A stretch of 62,639 nucleotides of DNA, the filler included, from Choristocarpus tenellus KU-1152 (Eukaryota; Protista; Phaeophyceae): NCBI GenBank assembly GCA_964200185.2. It is 12 parts of 12 records of this genome, joined end to end, with 100 filler letters (N's around TTAATTAATTAA, not from the genome) between each part and the next. Parts side by side here need not be neighbours in the genome. Positions count along the whole stretch, not along the records: positions 1 to 11,890 come from CAXNAD020002079.1; positions 11,991 to 19,366 come from CAXNAD020006246.1; 10 more parts are not named here. One strand, 5' to 3'. Made by a program: the position numbers and the translations under genes. The notes under the pieces are model-generated. The model saw only the letters and a list, made by a program, of their open reading frames with translations. It was not told where the DNA came from and made no database searches. Shown piece by piece: positions 1-13,177 of this stretch. Each line of letters starts with the position of its first letter. Position 1 is the first letter of the stretch.

Positions 1-2320
1 GAGCACCCTCTGCTACATGCAACAACAAGACCCCTCACAGCCCCCCCCCTCCCCACCACCCCCTGTGTGCCCTCTGAAAAAGCACCAAACCCTCTCCAAA
101 CTCACTCGGTCACTGCTAAAGCTTCCTGCATTACTCGAGCTGCTCCAGCTCCTCCTTCGGTCTCTTGAGCTCCCCCTATTGGGCTTCCTCCCCCTCCCCA
201 ATGAACTCCTTTCCCTGTTTCTGCGTTTGGTGCCAGGGCCATGACTGCCGCTACGAGAGTTTGATCTCCCATGTCTCCTCTCCCTCCCCAGCGAATCCAC
301 ACTCCTGCTAAAGAGCATGCGTGGTAGTGGTACAAACACAAGTCTTGTCATCTAAGAATAGGGACATATCTTCACTCAACATATTGAATATATAATATGC
401 CTTCATATGGCACAACCAAGTCATGGTACACACAGCAAAGAGACAAAACTAGTCACAAAATAATATACTCCGGGCAACCTCACTGAACTGAATACCTGTA
501 TTAATAACGGGCAGAGGAAACCCTCTCTACAATTCCTTTCCACTTGCTTGATTAGTACATCCTTCCAATTTCTCAACATCCGAATGGGTTTTCTAAAACT
601 ACATAATATTGCTTAACAAGTACACGGAAACTTGCTCCAGATCTGTGCAAACAGCCTAAAAAAATTAAGTATTTAGAATTTACTTCATATCATTATTGGG
701 CTGGGCAAGTAGCATAGTCAGGATCTAGACCATGTCCATGGCTTTTTCCAGTAGAAATATCTGACGACCCTGAAATGGTGGCAGTAAAGAAAGATCGCAC
801 CAGTCTAAAAGGGGAGGGTGGCATTCAAATTGGTTGACGGCACTCGATCAGCCCTACCAGCAGCATTTTACCTGTCATCCGCCAGCCGGGGGCCGTGGGA
901 CACATGGCAGTCATAGAGCAAGAGGGCAAGAACATTTGATACACACGTTATCCCAGTAAAAACATGACAGATTGACCTCTGAGGCATCACTAGGTAGGTT
1001 CGTATGTATGTACACTTACATTAAATGCTCTGAAGCATTACACCGTGTACCTCTGTATTTATCATATAGCAACAGGTAAGTTGCATACTTCTTGTTTTGT
1101 CTGAAATTATGCCTTGTTGATGCATGATCTATCGAATTAATCTAATATCTTTCAACACAGGTGTAAGATGCGGACAACTTATAATTTATGTTCTTTCACA
1201 CCTCTTGCTTTGTACAGATCATAGACGAGAAATTACTGAGTCTAACTCCAGACAAATCCAGTATGGAGTTTACATGAGACACACAACTGCGCATGTATAG
1301 TTCAGAGAGCAATAATTTGCTGCCCAACAAGCAAGAGCTTGTGTTTAGGGTATATAATCCATATTGGTGGCATTTTCAACAAGTTTTCCCAACGCGCTCT
1401 CTAGTGTATATAGAGTTTCAAAACGTCCAGAAGTTGCTGTACTCGGGATTCTTTTCAGGTTTGAACTAGACCTTGCAATTGTTCCCACAGTTGATTGGGT
1501 CTCGGGAGGTTTTACAGGCATTGAATCCCATACTCTGGCAACTTGCCCTTTTCTGGCAAATACACGGATCCCCTTACCAACCTCCACATTGTGAACATTA
1601 GTTGTTGGTTGTCCCATGCTATCTCAGCAGCACGTACTGTCCATAGGCTATGGTTTCACTGCTAGTACTTTGCATTTATTGTGTTTACTCTTTGTGATTT
1701 AAGACCACTCATACTTGGAAAATATACATCACATCAATAAAATCTCATATGATACATATATAGATGTGTGTCTCTTGCAATATCAATTTTGTCCTCTTGA
1801 CAACTGTGAACTACCTCTTAAATCTAGTACTTTCCAACTTTGCAGGCAGATTTTGATTTATTTACTATTTTCATAGTAACTTCTTTCTCATATTACAACG
1901 CACAATAAATTGTACTTTGAGGTATAATGTTTTCATTCTTTTAGTATCAGTGGTGATATCAGCAAGGTATTCAAAGGGTTAAGGTAATTTACTTGGCAGG
2001 ACACTTTCATCAAGAAGACTTAACATTGGTACTTTTATCTTCCTCTATGCACCACCTTGTTTGTTCTTGATGCAGCTTGTAAAGCCATACTTCAGCAGCT
2101 TTAGCATGAGGAGGTAAGACCTTAGGACATTTACATTTGCATGTCTGCAGACCAGAGATTAAATACCAAAACTCTATGCAAGCTGGAGGTACTGATGATC
2201 CACTGAACACAACCTTAACACTTCAGCCATGTGTGAACTCAGTGCACGACAGAAAGAACATTGGAAAAAACAAGCCAGGCAAGAACCTGGTGAAAAACTT
2301 GGCTACAATAGTGTAAGTCT

Positions 2321-2510
2321 TTGGTCATTCTGCATGTTAAAAATGATATTGTCCAGCACGATGCACACAAACGAGTCCATACACAACAGAAGCAGGAGGT
2401 CATCGAGATGCTCAAGCGCAAGGTTAAAGCAAGACAGGAGAACTTTGCTGTGGCAGCAGGGCTAAAAAAAGTTGGGGGTGCATGCAGAGGAGAACCTTCA
2501 TGCCGTAAGG
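2321..2510 (+). pseudogene. Possible pogo/CENP-B-type N-terminal HTH remnant
   Basis: HKRVHTQQKQEVIEMLKRK resembles the RKxLTxxxKxxxI start of CENP-B/pogo HTH domains. No DDE domain is visible. Confidence 0.3.
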
Positions 2511-5189
2511 TGCAACGACACCCAGTGAGTAGCCCCTGTTGTAACCTGCAGCAATTACTTACTCCTTGGTATCTGTACAACAAATAAATAGTAGAATAAT
2601 AATAATAATACATTTGTTGCGTTTGATGTTTTAGATACTGGACTGATAGTCGTGTGTGCTCTGGATCAACAATGAGTGATTTTCTCACTTGCTATGTAAA
2701 AATTTGGAAGTTGAATTATTGGCAAGGTTCCTCCATTTTTAGCATGTGTTTTGGCGTGCATTTGCAAAAACAGTTCAGTTTTGTAGCTACTTTTGTTCTT
2801 TCATATATGGAATTTTGTGCTTCTTATCCTCATGTATATCCTAATCCCATTTACTTCCTAGCTTCGTCATGTTCTTCACACCTAGTCTTTGTAGCATTTT
2901 AGTTTAATTCTTTCCTGTCGATTATACACAAGGAGCATATTACGTATTAATCTAGACTATTCTTACTATATTTTTACTCATCTTTCACCAGTGCTATTCA
3001 ATAGAGCTACTGTATATATGCTGATCACTAACCGCTACAACCTAAAGCCTACAAGTTACAAGAAAAATGTGTGTGTGAGGTGGTCATAGTCTGCCTCCTC
3101 GTGGGAAACAGGCTGGATAGAACCTTCTAATGGTTGCAACTTGTTAATTGCAGCCGCATTATGGATCAAACAAAGCCGTGCCTCCACATTTACCTCTGTC
3201 CCTGCCAGGTCACTGTCAAACAAACAAAACTACTCCCTGACACTTAAAATGTCGACATAATTTTTTTACTGTAAACGAATATGAGGACCAGTCACGGGGA
3301 TATTAGCATTTTACCTCATTGGTGCCCACTTCCGTTTCCTTAGCGTACTGATATATCTTTGAACAATGCATCAAGTCACAGCAGAGGCTTTCGCATTTCA
3401 TACCTTACACAAAAGTATTTGTATCTTGTATGCACTTTGAAGCACCACTGCAAAGAGCACACATTGACTGCATATTATACCTTCTTGCATTTTACGAATG
3501 ATATTAGAAGGGAGACAGAGATAGGACATGCACTCCTTACGCATCAAGGGTCAAATAAAATTACCTTTACGTACATATCTGCTGACCTTGATGATGTGTA
3601 TATCTTCTTCAGAGTTTGAAATGCAGAAAATTCAGCAATGGTTTGAAGTTCCTATTCCTATTTTCACATCCATACCTGGAAGTACCACAGTCTAATAACT
3701 TACATTACAACACCTAATAGAAAACATACTTGATTTCATATTTCACCAATTTCCAAACACTATATGTGTTGACTGACCCAACCAGCCAGACTGATCCATT
3801 GGACTCCCGAATTATATCGGTTCAGCCCCTGCACCAAAACATAATAACGTGCATACTGTAAAAAAAAATGGAACCAGGCCAGCCAGCTGACCATCACAAA
3901 CTTGGTCAGTCAGACCCAGACATGTCAAAAATGTTGGGATTTCTGACCCAAGCCATTACTGCAAACAAAACTTGTACAAAGAAGAATCCCATGGCAACAT
4001 TCAGCATGAAAAGTTTTACTCTTTATTCTAGAAGTGGTTTCTGCTACAAATGCCGGATAAAACCAGTAAAGGAGCGCTTGAAAGAATATATATGTTACTT
4101 GTATTGGTGCGGGACGTAGACTTTGACTAAAATTGCATGGGTCACCAATTTTGAAGAAAAATTGAACAATACAACTGTCTAAATCTTGGGAGGTTGATGG
4201 ATTGGTATGGTAGCAAGTTATGAGGTATCTGCTGACAGAATAAGCTGAATCCATCGTATCTTTACACACTTTCAAAAGCTGTACCACTGACTAAACCGCA
4301 ACATACCTACATCCCTAGCCTGGTCTTGTATTATCTCTACAATGACACTGCTGGTAGTCGTGAGCACTTCAGAGAACAAAATAAGAAACTTGTTTATAGG
4401 CTAAGTTTTTCATTCGTATGCTACACTGTCCTGGACAATCAAGATCTAAAATAACACGAGTTCAAAAAATACAGACATGGGCCTACAGGTAGTGTAGTAT
4501 GCAATCAATACAACAAATGAGTTGTGCATGTCACACTAAGTAGAATAATACATACATCTAGCCCAATGAGCTAAAATATACTATTGGTATGACTCTGTAA
4601 TCACCACATTAAAAGGGACGGAGAAAAAGTCTTAAGCACTCACCACCTACTAGATGATGAGCTGCTTATACTCCTTTCCCTTTGCCTGCCCTTGCATGTC
4701 CTTCTGACCATACTCGTACCACTATTTCCTCGATCATCATCACTTTCTGAAGCCCGTCCTCTTTTTCGACTGGAATGCCCACTGGCATTTCGTCCAGAAC
4801 CCCTCTTCTTGGTGTTACGCTTACTCTGAAATCCAGAAAACACGCATGGAAGGGTTTAGGGGAAGGGGTCACTCAGATAGCACAAGGATCCAAAGCTACG
4901 CAAGGTAGTCCAGCGAAACATAATATGAAGGGAGAAGATTGATCAAACATTGCTTCTCGCCTTCTTCATTTGTAACAAACTTGAATACAAGGGGATGGAA
5001 TCAACTATAAACAAACTACTATCGTTCCAACTTCAAAGGATAATCCTATTATGATCGTGGGAATGAGCTTTGGTGCTTCAGCTTTAGGACACTATGATAG
5101 TTTCTACCCCCTTCTTCCTCCCACACGAAGTCGTTGATTTCAGTACCAAACCAACATGAAGGAGAAATCACCAAATTACCAAAAACTGC

Positions 5190-5790
5190 AGAATAGAAGG
5201 AATAGAAAGATAAATTCTAGTCCTAAGTTGAGCAAATGCTACCTGTAGGAGCCGGGGTATTTCAAGGAGCACGTTGGGAAATGAACAAAAAATGGAACAA
5301 ACCATGTCAAAACCAACTGCTCGTCGAAATGAGGACTGGACTGAATCACTTGAGCAAGGAAAGGATTTAGGGAACATAGAGTCTATTCACGCACGCACAC
5401 TGGGAAGAAAGCGAGCTACGTAAGTAGTCAGGCACGAGCACACACCTCCATTTCGCGCAAGCTGTCCTGCAACTTCAAATTTCGCCTCCAGGCGGCTGCA
5501 GCCAACTCTGCATCTGTGAATCCAGTCCCTCGGCGGCTCATATTTTGAGTCTATCTTGCTGTTACACACTTGCTCGTTGCTAAAATGAACAGAAATAGGA
5601 TCAAATGTCCGAAACCCCAGCGCTATCATACATCTATATATTACACAATCCTCCAGATCCACCTTCCCCCTTAAACCTTCTCCTATCCAATATAGTTTTG
5701 TACCGTTCTCAAAGGATCGTTTCAGATGCAGTGGAGCTCAGTCACACGGAGACCACGTTAACAGCGACGTAGGTATCTTTCCATTCTCTC
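5190..5790 (-). pseudogene. Decayed exon-like coding fragments, family unknown
   Basis: Protein-like frame ...TILDRRRFKGKVDLEDCVIYRCMIALGFRTFDPISVHFSNEQ and a second block ending LLEIPRLLQ, each followed by GT. In-frame stops are present. Confidence 0.3.
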
Positions 5791-6884
5791 CCTTCAAGCG
5801 CGACGGCAAAGTGGGAAATAAGTAAGACGACTAACTGTCCACATATCGCTTGACGTTAACTGAAAGCGGTGAGAGATCTATCGCGCAAGGATAAACTTGC
5901 ACCTCCGGGGGAATAATTTATCATTTATTATGTATGGTAGTGAACTTGAGGAGGAAGGAATGGACGCGAAGCCCAAACCAAGAAAACATGGAATATGTAG
6001 CTTCCTTGCGAAGCGATGAAGACAGGCAACCAGATTGAAATAAAGAGGGAGACTAGACAGGATGTGAGATGGATAAGCTCACAAATCCAGAAACATGAAA
6101 CTCACAGATGCCATGCACTGAGAGCTAAGAAGAAAGCAGAGAAGCGAACAGAGGAGGAGAGAACATCCGGAACGTTGCACATCCCGAAAGATATAGCCTG
6201 AGTAACGTGCAGCCAGACTAGCAAGCATTTGAAACACTGAGGTCATTCTAGTTCCATGGAATGTCCGCACCATGTTCGTAAAAGGTGTGAATGGGGTGGG
6301 ACATGTGGACACACAACTACAGACCCAGTGATGTAATTGGGATCCAGGAGACTAGGCGAGATGGGCAGTCTTCCCTCATAGCTTCTGTGTACTCCGTACG
6401 TTTCAGTGGTGTAGGGATGGTAATTGAAATGTTTGTTGAGGTGGGAAAAGAGGACTGTGAGCAGGAATGTATTAGTGACCAACTAATGAAATTCAATATT
6501 CTTCTACCCTGTAGTTCAGGTGTGGTCGTGTTTATTGTAGGGTATGCACCAACTGAGCCTACTGGCAGATACGGCATGGAGGTAAACAGAAATGGCGAGA
6601 AGGATTACTCCTGAATATACCTTAAAAATTATGTAGAACAGGTGCCCTCTAAGGAGAAACTGTCTATCGTCATGGATGTAAACGCTTGAACTGGAAGGAA
6701 AATTGAAAGGAGGCAAGAAGTGATAACCTGGTTCTAGGGGCTTATGCGATGTGATGAGCAAGATGATAGTAGTATACCATTAATGAGATTTGCTGGAAGC
6801 CACAAACTTTCGTCCATAAATACATTTTTGGAGCACCCTGGAGGTGAGGGTTGCCTTGCCTATGTGAGCCCCAAGGGTAAGAGA

Positions 6885-7059
6885 GGCTCAAAGTATCTGG
6901 GGGGGTGGAGGCTGTCCATTCAGGGCCCTTTTTTCCATGTCACAATTTTTGGGTGATTGGGTTCCATTTGTTGGGTGGATAATGTAAGTGCACTTCTCCT
7001 GGTCAGGGCCCAAATGGACACCCTGGTGTAGACCCCTCACCCCCCAGATACTTTGAGCC
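6885..7059 (-). mobile_element. MITE family 2 (175 bp), TIR GGCTCAAAGTATCTGGGGG
   Basis: Matching TIRs at both ends and AGA flanking both sides. Removing the element plus one AGA restores the LINE frame (GKR-RHLYYII). Reverse orientation relative to 26256-26450. Confidence 0.9.
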
Positions 7060-7156
7060 AGACGCCACCTTTATTACATCATCGCACATTAGGTCGATAA
7101 ACAATTCATTCGGAATGTGATGGTACATCCTGTCTCGGAATGAGACAACCAAATTG

Positions 7157-7414
7157 AAGTCAAAGTATTTAAGAGGGTAGGAGTTTTGTCCTGTTTGTCC
7201 GTTTGGGGCTTGGCTTCCCATGTGTTTCTTACACCCCTTTTCGGTTTTCTGTGTGAAAACAGTTACCTAAAATGTATACGACCATGAAAGGTGTGTCCAG
7301 AGCAAGGATATTTACACTTGCTAACAAACATGTTGGCCAAGATTAATCAACATCGCAACATTAAATTTATGATCCCGAATGGACGTGACCCTACCCTCTT
7401 AAGTACTTTGGGTC
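7157..7414 (+). mobile_element. MITE family 1 (258 bp), diverged copy, TSD ATTG
   Basis: Ends aagtcaaagtatttaagagggta / taccctcttaagtactttgggtc, with ATTG on both sides. Removal restores LINE codons Q-I-V-L-M-S-V. Confidence 0.9.
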
Positions 7415-7629
7415 ATTGTATTGATGTCAGTTCCTACTCCTTGGTCAATTCACTCCAAATTTGAGGATAAGACCACACTACACAGACATATCATACTTTA
7501 TCACCACATACCCTGACTTCGGATCTTCAATTTCAGACTGCTTTATCAAATGCTATTCCCGAGAACCTCCTTAGTTTTCAAGAGGTGATTATTGAGGATG
7601 CTGGTGTCTCAGGATCTATATGCACTGCG

Positions 7630-7652
7630 TATATATATATATATATATATAT
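7630..7652. repeat. (AT)n microsatellite
   Basis: About 11 AT units, read directly. Confidence 0.9.
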
Positions 7653-8915
7653 GCTGGAGACTGTCACTGACCTGATCCCACCTCCAACACAAAAGGCTGT
7701 TTCCCAAGGGTGGTGTGTCAGCCCTGAGGTTCAAGGGAGGAAGATTCTGGAGGGTTGGCAAGCGAGGGAGGACGCTTGGATGCAACTACATACCTAGTCA
7801 CAAAGCAACACTCTCAAAATGGCTTTGAAGATGACTGACAAAGACTTAAAGAAGTGGGAACTTAGACTGTTCCGAATTTCTTTGTTGCCTACATCTCAGA
7901 GATGGAAGGGTGTATTTGTTGTCAGGATCAGGCTGGTGTCTACCAACATCTCAATGGTTTCAATGTGGACAGGGGAAAACATAGTGGCTCCCCATTAATT
8001 CAAGAGGAGATGAGAACATTGCTGCCAGAACCAGAACTTATTCTTGGGTGATGGATGATACACTTCTCTGAGCACTGCTGAACATAAAGTCAACCGAGCT
8101 CAACGCCAGTATCATCAACTAGTTTCCATCCACTGCCCCCTTACACACCACTTGTTGACGAGCCTACCATTGGGGAAGTGAGGAGTGTGGCATACCCTTC
8201 ACTGGCCAACTGAACGGCTGTAGGCAGCCCAGATGACCTTCAAATGGAACTCCTGAACCTGGGACTTGATCGGGACCCCCTTCCCCTGCAAGTCTTTCCT
8301 GACAGTATTCTTCCTTTGTGGCGATTAGAAGTCTCTCAGAAGTGGAAGGGCGCAAATTTCAAACCCATCCACAAGATGAAGGATAGAACTGACTCTGGGA
8401 ACTGCAGGGGTACCTGGCTGGTATCATACCCCAATAGTGTACTCCTCAAAGTTGTTGCATAACACCTAGGAATCTGTGTTGAGCAGGAGGGAATGTTACT
8501 GGTAGAACAATGCAGATTCTGACCTAAAGGATCAACCATTGACATAATGTTCATGGGATGTGTCTTGCTGGAACTTGGGCGAGGGAAGGGTCTTTGTGTA
8601 TTTCATTGATTTTCAGAAGGTGTATGACTCTGTCGATGGAGACCTTCTATGGGCAGTAATAGTCATTGAGGGCACCTTGACGATCATCCTCCAGCACCAA
8701 TTCACAACATCACCCAACTCAAGGTACAAAAGCATTACTCGCAAGCACATATTATTTTCAGTCAATTTTTCGAAATTCTGTTTAGCTCAAACCAAAATGA
8801 CGATCAGTAGCTGTTCACTGTTTGTTGGCTCCTACATTCACCAAAGCAGACTCCCTCCCTTCAGGCAGGGAGACTCTGCTCTCACTCTGTTGGGTGTGTC
8901 TTGAGAGATGTTTCT

Positions 8916-9173
8916 GAGTGAAAGTATCTTAGAGGATACAAGATTTGCTCTTTTTGTCCATTTGGGGCTTGGCTCCCTATAGGGTTTCTTGTGATATTTT
9001 CCTATTCCAAAATGCTTAGGACTAGGTGAAATATATACGTTATGAAAGGTTTGTCCAGAACATGGATATTGACACTTCCTAACAAACACAATAGCCAAAA
9101 TTACATCAAAATCGCTACATTGGATTTTGGGCACCAAATGGACGAGGTTTCACCCTCTAAGATACTTTCGCTC
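8916..9173 (+). mobile_element. MITE family 1 (258 bp), TSD TTCT
   Basis: GAGTGAAAGTATCTTAGAGG ... CCCTCTAAGATACTTTCGCTC, with TTCT on both sides. Confidence 0.95.
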
Positions 9174-9892
9174 TTCTTATTTGTTTCTTATTGTTTGCAC
9201 ACCCTTGCGCTTGTAGATTGAACTCTGTAAGAAAAGCTCAGTCCCCGATGTAATGTTGAAAGTGATACTGTCTGAGCTCTCTCACTCTGTACTGCCAAGG
9301 GTCTAGAACAGTCCTACTTTCAGAAGAGTCAGATGTTTCTTTCCTTCTAGAACATATCATGCTGAAACCACTATACACAATTCCCTTCGTTCTGGAAAAT
9401 TTCACTGAATGTACCACTTTTGATGGTGCAACTACTAACACCCCCACTCACCATGTCAAGTCATTCCTATCCCGACAACTTGTGAACCAATCAGAAAATA
9501 AACTCTAATCTTGATTCACTGAAACCCACAGTAATCTCACACATCTATGTCGAAGTAAGTTTCCCCTTGACTATTTTTTACTCAGACAACCCCATTTAAG
9601 TGTTCCGACACTCAGCCTCCATACTACCCTACAGCGTATTTCTCTTTCATTATTGCAATGTACTACCAATAAAAACACTTCACATCATGCACCTTTGTCA
9701 TTACATCTGCACTCTGTTCTTCCATTCCAATACGCTCTACGCTATTATATCCTGCACCAACACATGAGTGAATTGATACCTCACATGTATAAGTTTGGTA
9801 CAGTTACTAGAAAAAAAGGGTTAGTAAAGTCAATCGTCCCCTCATTGTCTTTATACACTTTATGCAGTCTCTTAGTTTTGGCACCATGAGCT

Positions 9893-10330
9893 GTTATACT
9901 TGTCAAAGGAAGATGGTGTCTTTGACCACTTCTGGCAATGCCATGTACTGCACCTCTGTATTTTACATTGCCATCACCTTTTGGTTTTGCAAGAACCAGT
10001 AGATCACGCCATCACCTATTAGAATGACAACTCCCAAGACAGAGTGTTGTGTGGGTATGTAACATTGTGGGCATCCAAAATTGCTGTTTCTTCCATTGTT
10101 GCTCCCACTCCCCCGTATGTCAGTCCCTTCTCCTTCGTCCTCAGCAAGTTCTGGAATATTTTCTGTACAGCCTTCCAATGCTTTTGTCCTAGGTTATCAC
10201 AGAGTTTTGTCGCAGACTGTACCAAGTCTGCAATGTCCAGTTGAGTCAACATTGACGCCCACACCAGCACTCCCACTGCTGCCTGGTAGGGCATTCTCTC
10301 CATTGCTTGCTTCTGATAAACAGTGTCCAG
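9893..10330 (-). mobile_element. Ty1/Copia RT C-terminus and RNase H remnant
   Basis: PYQAAVGVLVW..TQLDIA..HWKAVQKIFQNL..GLTYG matches the Copia PYRxxVGSLxY..TRPDI..HWxAxKRILRYL pattern. It is followed by IYWF.QNQKVMAM*NTEVQYMAL (STxEAEY-like). Confidence 0.85.
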
Positions 10331-11724
10331 GTAATCCTTTGTGTATAGTTTCTCTGCTGTGACACCGGAATGAGCTGGTCTTGGTGGTACTGAATATTCT
10401 TGTAACGGTTTCAAACTCAGACGAATCATGGTTTTAAACTCATTTGAGCAGTATAAATCAGTAAATAAAATGTATGTACAAATATTTATAGGTCAATGTC
10501 GAAGAAGTGAAGATGAACAACTCCTTTCTACCAGAGAATTTTGTAATGGAGTTCATGAATAGAGAACAACTCGATGTTGAGGAATGATGTACAACTACAT
10601 TGTTGTCAGTATGCTGTTGTTAGTAAACACATGTATACTTGATTTGTAGGTACAACTTGTCGTCTTTGTGAAAATCTATAAAAGATTTGCAGGTAAGTTT
10701 CGAGAGGAGACAATGGTTTAATTGTGACTCGTCCCAGCCTTATGTTGATGCACAATGTTAAAGAATGAGTAGAATCCTAAGACTTGATAGTGAAAGATGT
10801 AGATTAATTTCTTCTCAGTTATGTTGTAGTAGGTAGAAAGTTGGAGTGAGAAACACCATTCATGAAGGGGGGGGGGAATAAACCTTTCACTCATCCCAGA
10901 TCACTAAAACCTCATCCTATGTTACTGGCTACAACATTCCTTTTCTAGGATCCTTCTTATGATACTACAATAACCTGGACATTGTTCTCTCAATCACTCG
11001 ACATAAATAATTGATATCAACTAGTTCTCCAACAGTTCTCCAACGACACTCTAATTATCTGATTGCTTCCTTAAGACGTATTTTCCCACATGAATTCAAA
11101 GCATACTCTTAACATACAAATATTCAAATCTGATTGAATAGGAAACAGTAATCATGTGCAAATCTAATCTTCTGATCTAACATGATGAAATAGCAATAGT
11201 GTACAGATATTATCAGATATTTAATAAGGAAACAACAATCGTGTACAAATTCAATTGATGGAAAACAAAATTGTGTACAAATCCAATTGTGTCCACAAGA
11301 ACATTTCTGTACATCATCTTCAATACCATCTCCTATTTTTGAATCTTTTGCTATTCACCTATATTTCTATGGATGAAGTTCTAATTTTGAACTTTCCAAC
11401 AAATTTCAAAAATATACACGTTTGTACAAAAGCCGACTTTGGCACGTGTTTGTCAGCATCATTAAAATGCAACTTTGGGTACCTCTCATTTACTTCGACT
11501 CCAGGCCAAATATTTGTGGGGGTACCGCCTCAAAGAATCACTGAGGGACGTTTTACCATCGATCTGCTGCTTACTCGACCAGAGTGAATAAAATTATTTT
11601 TTGGTTGCTAATAAATATGGAAAGCAGGTTTTTCTGTTGTTATACCGTTAATACCGTGTGCCATATTCCGTTATACCAATTGAGATTGTGTTCTGAGAAT
11701 TTCGGTTCAATCGTGTGCAAGATA

Positions 11725-11890
11725 TTCAGAGGAGTGGGGGGATACGACCGGAAAGGATTAGAAAAATCCAGGCTACGCCAAATTGTTTCGGTGACTACGC
11801 AAGTGGCATTGTCTCGACGTGTCATGCGCTTCAAACTAGAGGCACCAGGGAGATGGGCACGGAGGGGTCAGTTGGATCCTTGGGATGCCT
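11725..11890 (+). mobile_element. 3' fragment of CRE-like (RLE-type) non-LTR retrotransposon
   Basis: RKGLEKSRLRQIVSVTTQVALSRRVMRFKL resembles, from memory, the C-terminal helix following the restriction-like endonuclease in brown-algal CRE-like elements. Runs into the contig end. Confidence 0.6.
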
Positions 11891-11990
11891 NNNNNNNNNN
11901 NNNNNNNNNNNNNNNNNNNNNNNNNNNNNNNNNNTTAATTAATTAANNNNNNNNNNNNNNNNNNNNNNNNNNNNNNNNNNNNNNNNNNNN
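11891..11990. other. Artificial contig spacer
   Basis: N44-TTAATTAATTAA-N44, giving stops in all six frames. Confidence 0.99.
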
Positions 11991-12033
11991 CCCCAAATGG
12001 ACAGCCGCTACCCCCTCCCAGATACTTTGAGCC
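11991..12033 (+). mobile_element. MITE family 2 right end (cut by spacer)
   Basis: ccccaaatggacagccgctaccccctcccagatactttgagcc matches 26406-26450. Confidence 0.85.
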
Positions 12034-12099
12034 TCATTCCTCTGTTGCATGACTATCTACAATTTTCCAACCTACAGCATGTAGTGCCGTGCAAAATAT

Positions 12100-13120
12100 A
12101 AAATAGCTGCCACTCTTTGGAGTAGACTTTGCAGTCTTGTCAGCACTCTGGTTGTTCCATGGTTCAAACCACTACTACTTATCATTGCAGAGGGAGCAGA
12201 AGTCCTCTCTTGTCTGCAGCTTGTATTTTCCATACCATTAGCCCAAGGTAGCTGTTCTGCTCAAGGTCATGTGGGAATGTGAGACAATCTGGTCTAGGAC
12301 AACTCTCAATTGTACTCCTTGGCAGTGTTGTTTTCTAGAGAAGATGATCTATCCAAATGATGAGCCTTTTCTTCCACCATTAAACTTGGTTGGTATTACC
12401 AACCCTGGGTTATTGGTGCTGTCCTCCTCTTGTCTTGTTGATTCCAACGGTGGGGGGCAGGTTGTCTCAATCTTCCACCAGGTCTGCGAGTCCTGATTTG
12501 TGATGCAATGGTTGGCTATCGGTAATGGATTTCTAGCATGGATTTTGATTCCCATATTCTTGGTCATTTGCTGTTGGCGATAGTTCAGATTTCTAAGCAC
12601 CCCAGAGCCAAAGTATCTTAGAGTTTAGGGGCACATCCATTTGGGGGCCAACATCCAATGTTGCGACTTTGATGTAATTTTGGCTATTGTGTTTGTTAGG
12701 GAGCGTCAATATCATTGTTCCGGACACACCTTTTCTTAACGTACACAATTTACCTACTCCGAAACACTTTGGAGTAGGAAAATATCATTAAAAAAACATG
12801 GGAAGCCAAGCCTCAAATGGACAAACAGGGAAAAACTCGTACCCTCTAAGATACGTTTACTCTCTAGACACTTGAATACCAGCACATTTTCTTGCCACTG
12901 GTTGCCACTGGGCATCTGGCATGCACAGATTGAAAGGGTGGTGGAACTACGTAAGGAGGCAAATGTGCACTACCGTAAACGTGTTGCTGCAGTGAAGGGG
13001 GAGAGCATGGTCGACTTGTCAGACTACCGGTATGAATGACAGTTTAAACAAGATGATCGATAAGTGGGCACACTGTTCTGTTCCATGTGGTAGGTGGCCA
13101 AGGAGAAGTGCAAGGTTCTT
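12100..13120 (-). mobile_element. Heavily decayed Gypsy integrase/C-terminal remnant
   Basis: VVLDQIVSH..TLG*WYGKY..LLLPLQ**VVVFEPWN parallels YTLTDRKAV..WHWEYRGKY..FTPLQLDVFHALWD of the Gypsy copies at 47-52 kb. Confidence 0.4.
12605..12862 (-). mobile_element. MITE family 1 (258 bp), reverse orientation
   Basis: GAGCCAAAGTATCTTAGAG ... ACCCTCTAAGATACGTTTACTC. Flanks CCCA/TCTA may be a degraded TSD. Confidence 0.9.
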
Positions 13121-13121
13121 G

Positions 13122-13177
13122 GGGTTAGGGTTAGGGTTAGGGTTAGGGTTAGGGTTAGGGTTAGGGTTAGGGTTAGG
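13122..13177 (+). repeat. Interstitial telomeric repeat (TTAGGG)8+
   Basis: Eight perfect TTAGGG units plus partial units, internal to a contig. Confidence 0.95.

Larger units (their letters stand above)
6245..8690 (+). mobile_element. Decayed LINE (APE endonuclease + reverse transcriptase), RTE-like
   Basis: APE motifs WNVRTM (~6257), DVIGIQETR, VGYAPT, and after removing two MITEs HLYYII and E*DNQIV (SDH motif). RT motifs KMKDRTDSGNCRGTWLV, EQCRF*P..STIDIMF, FIDFQKVYDSVD. Many stops and frameshifts. Confidence 0.9.
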
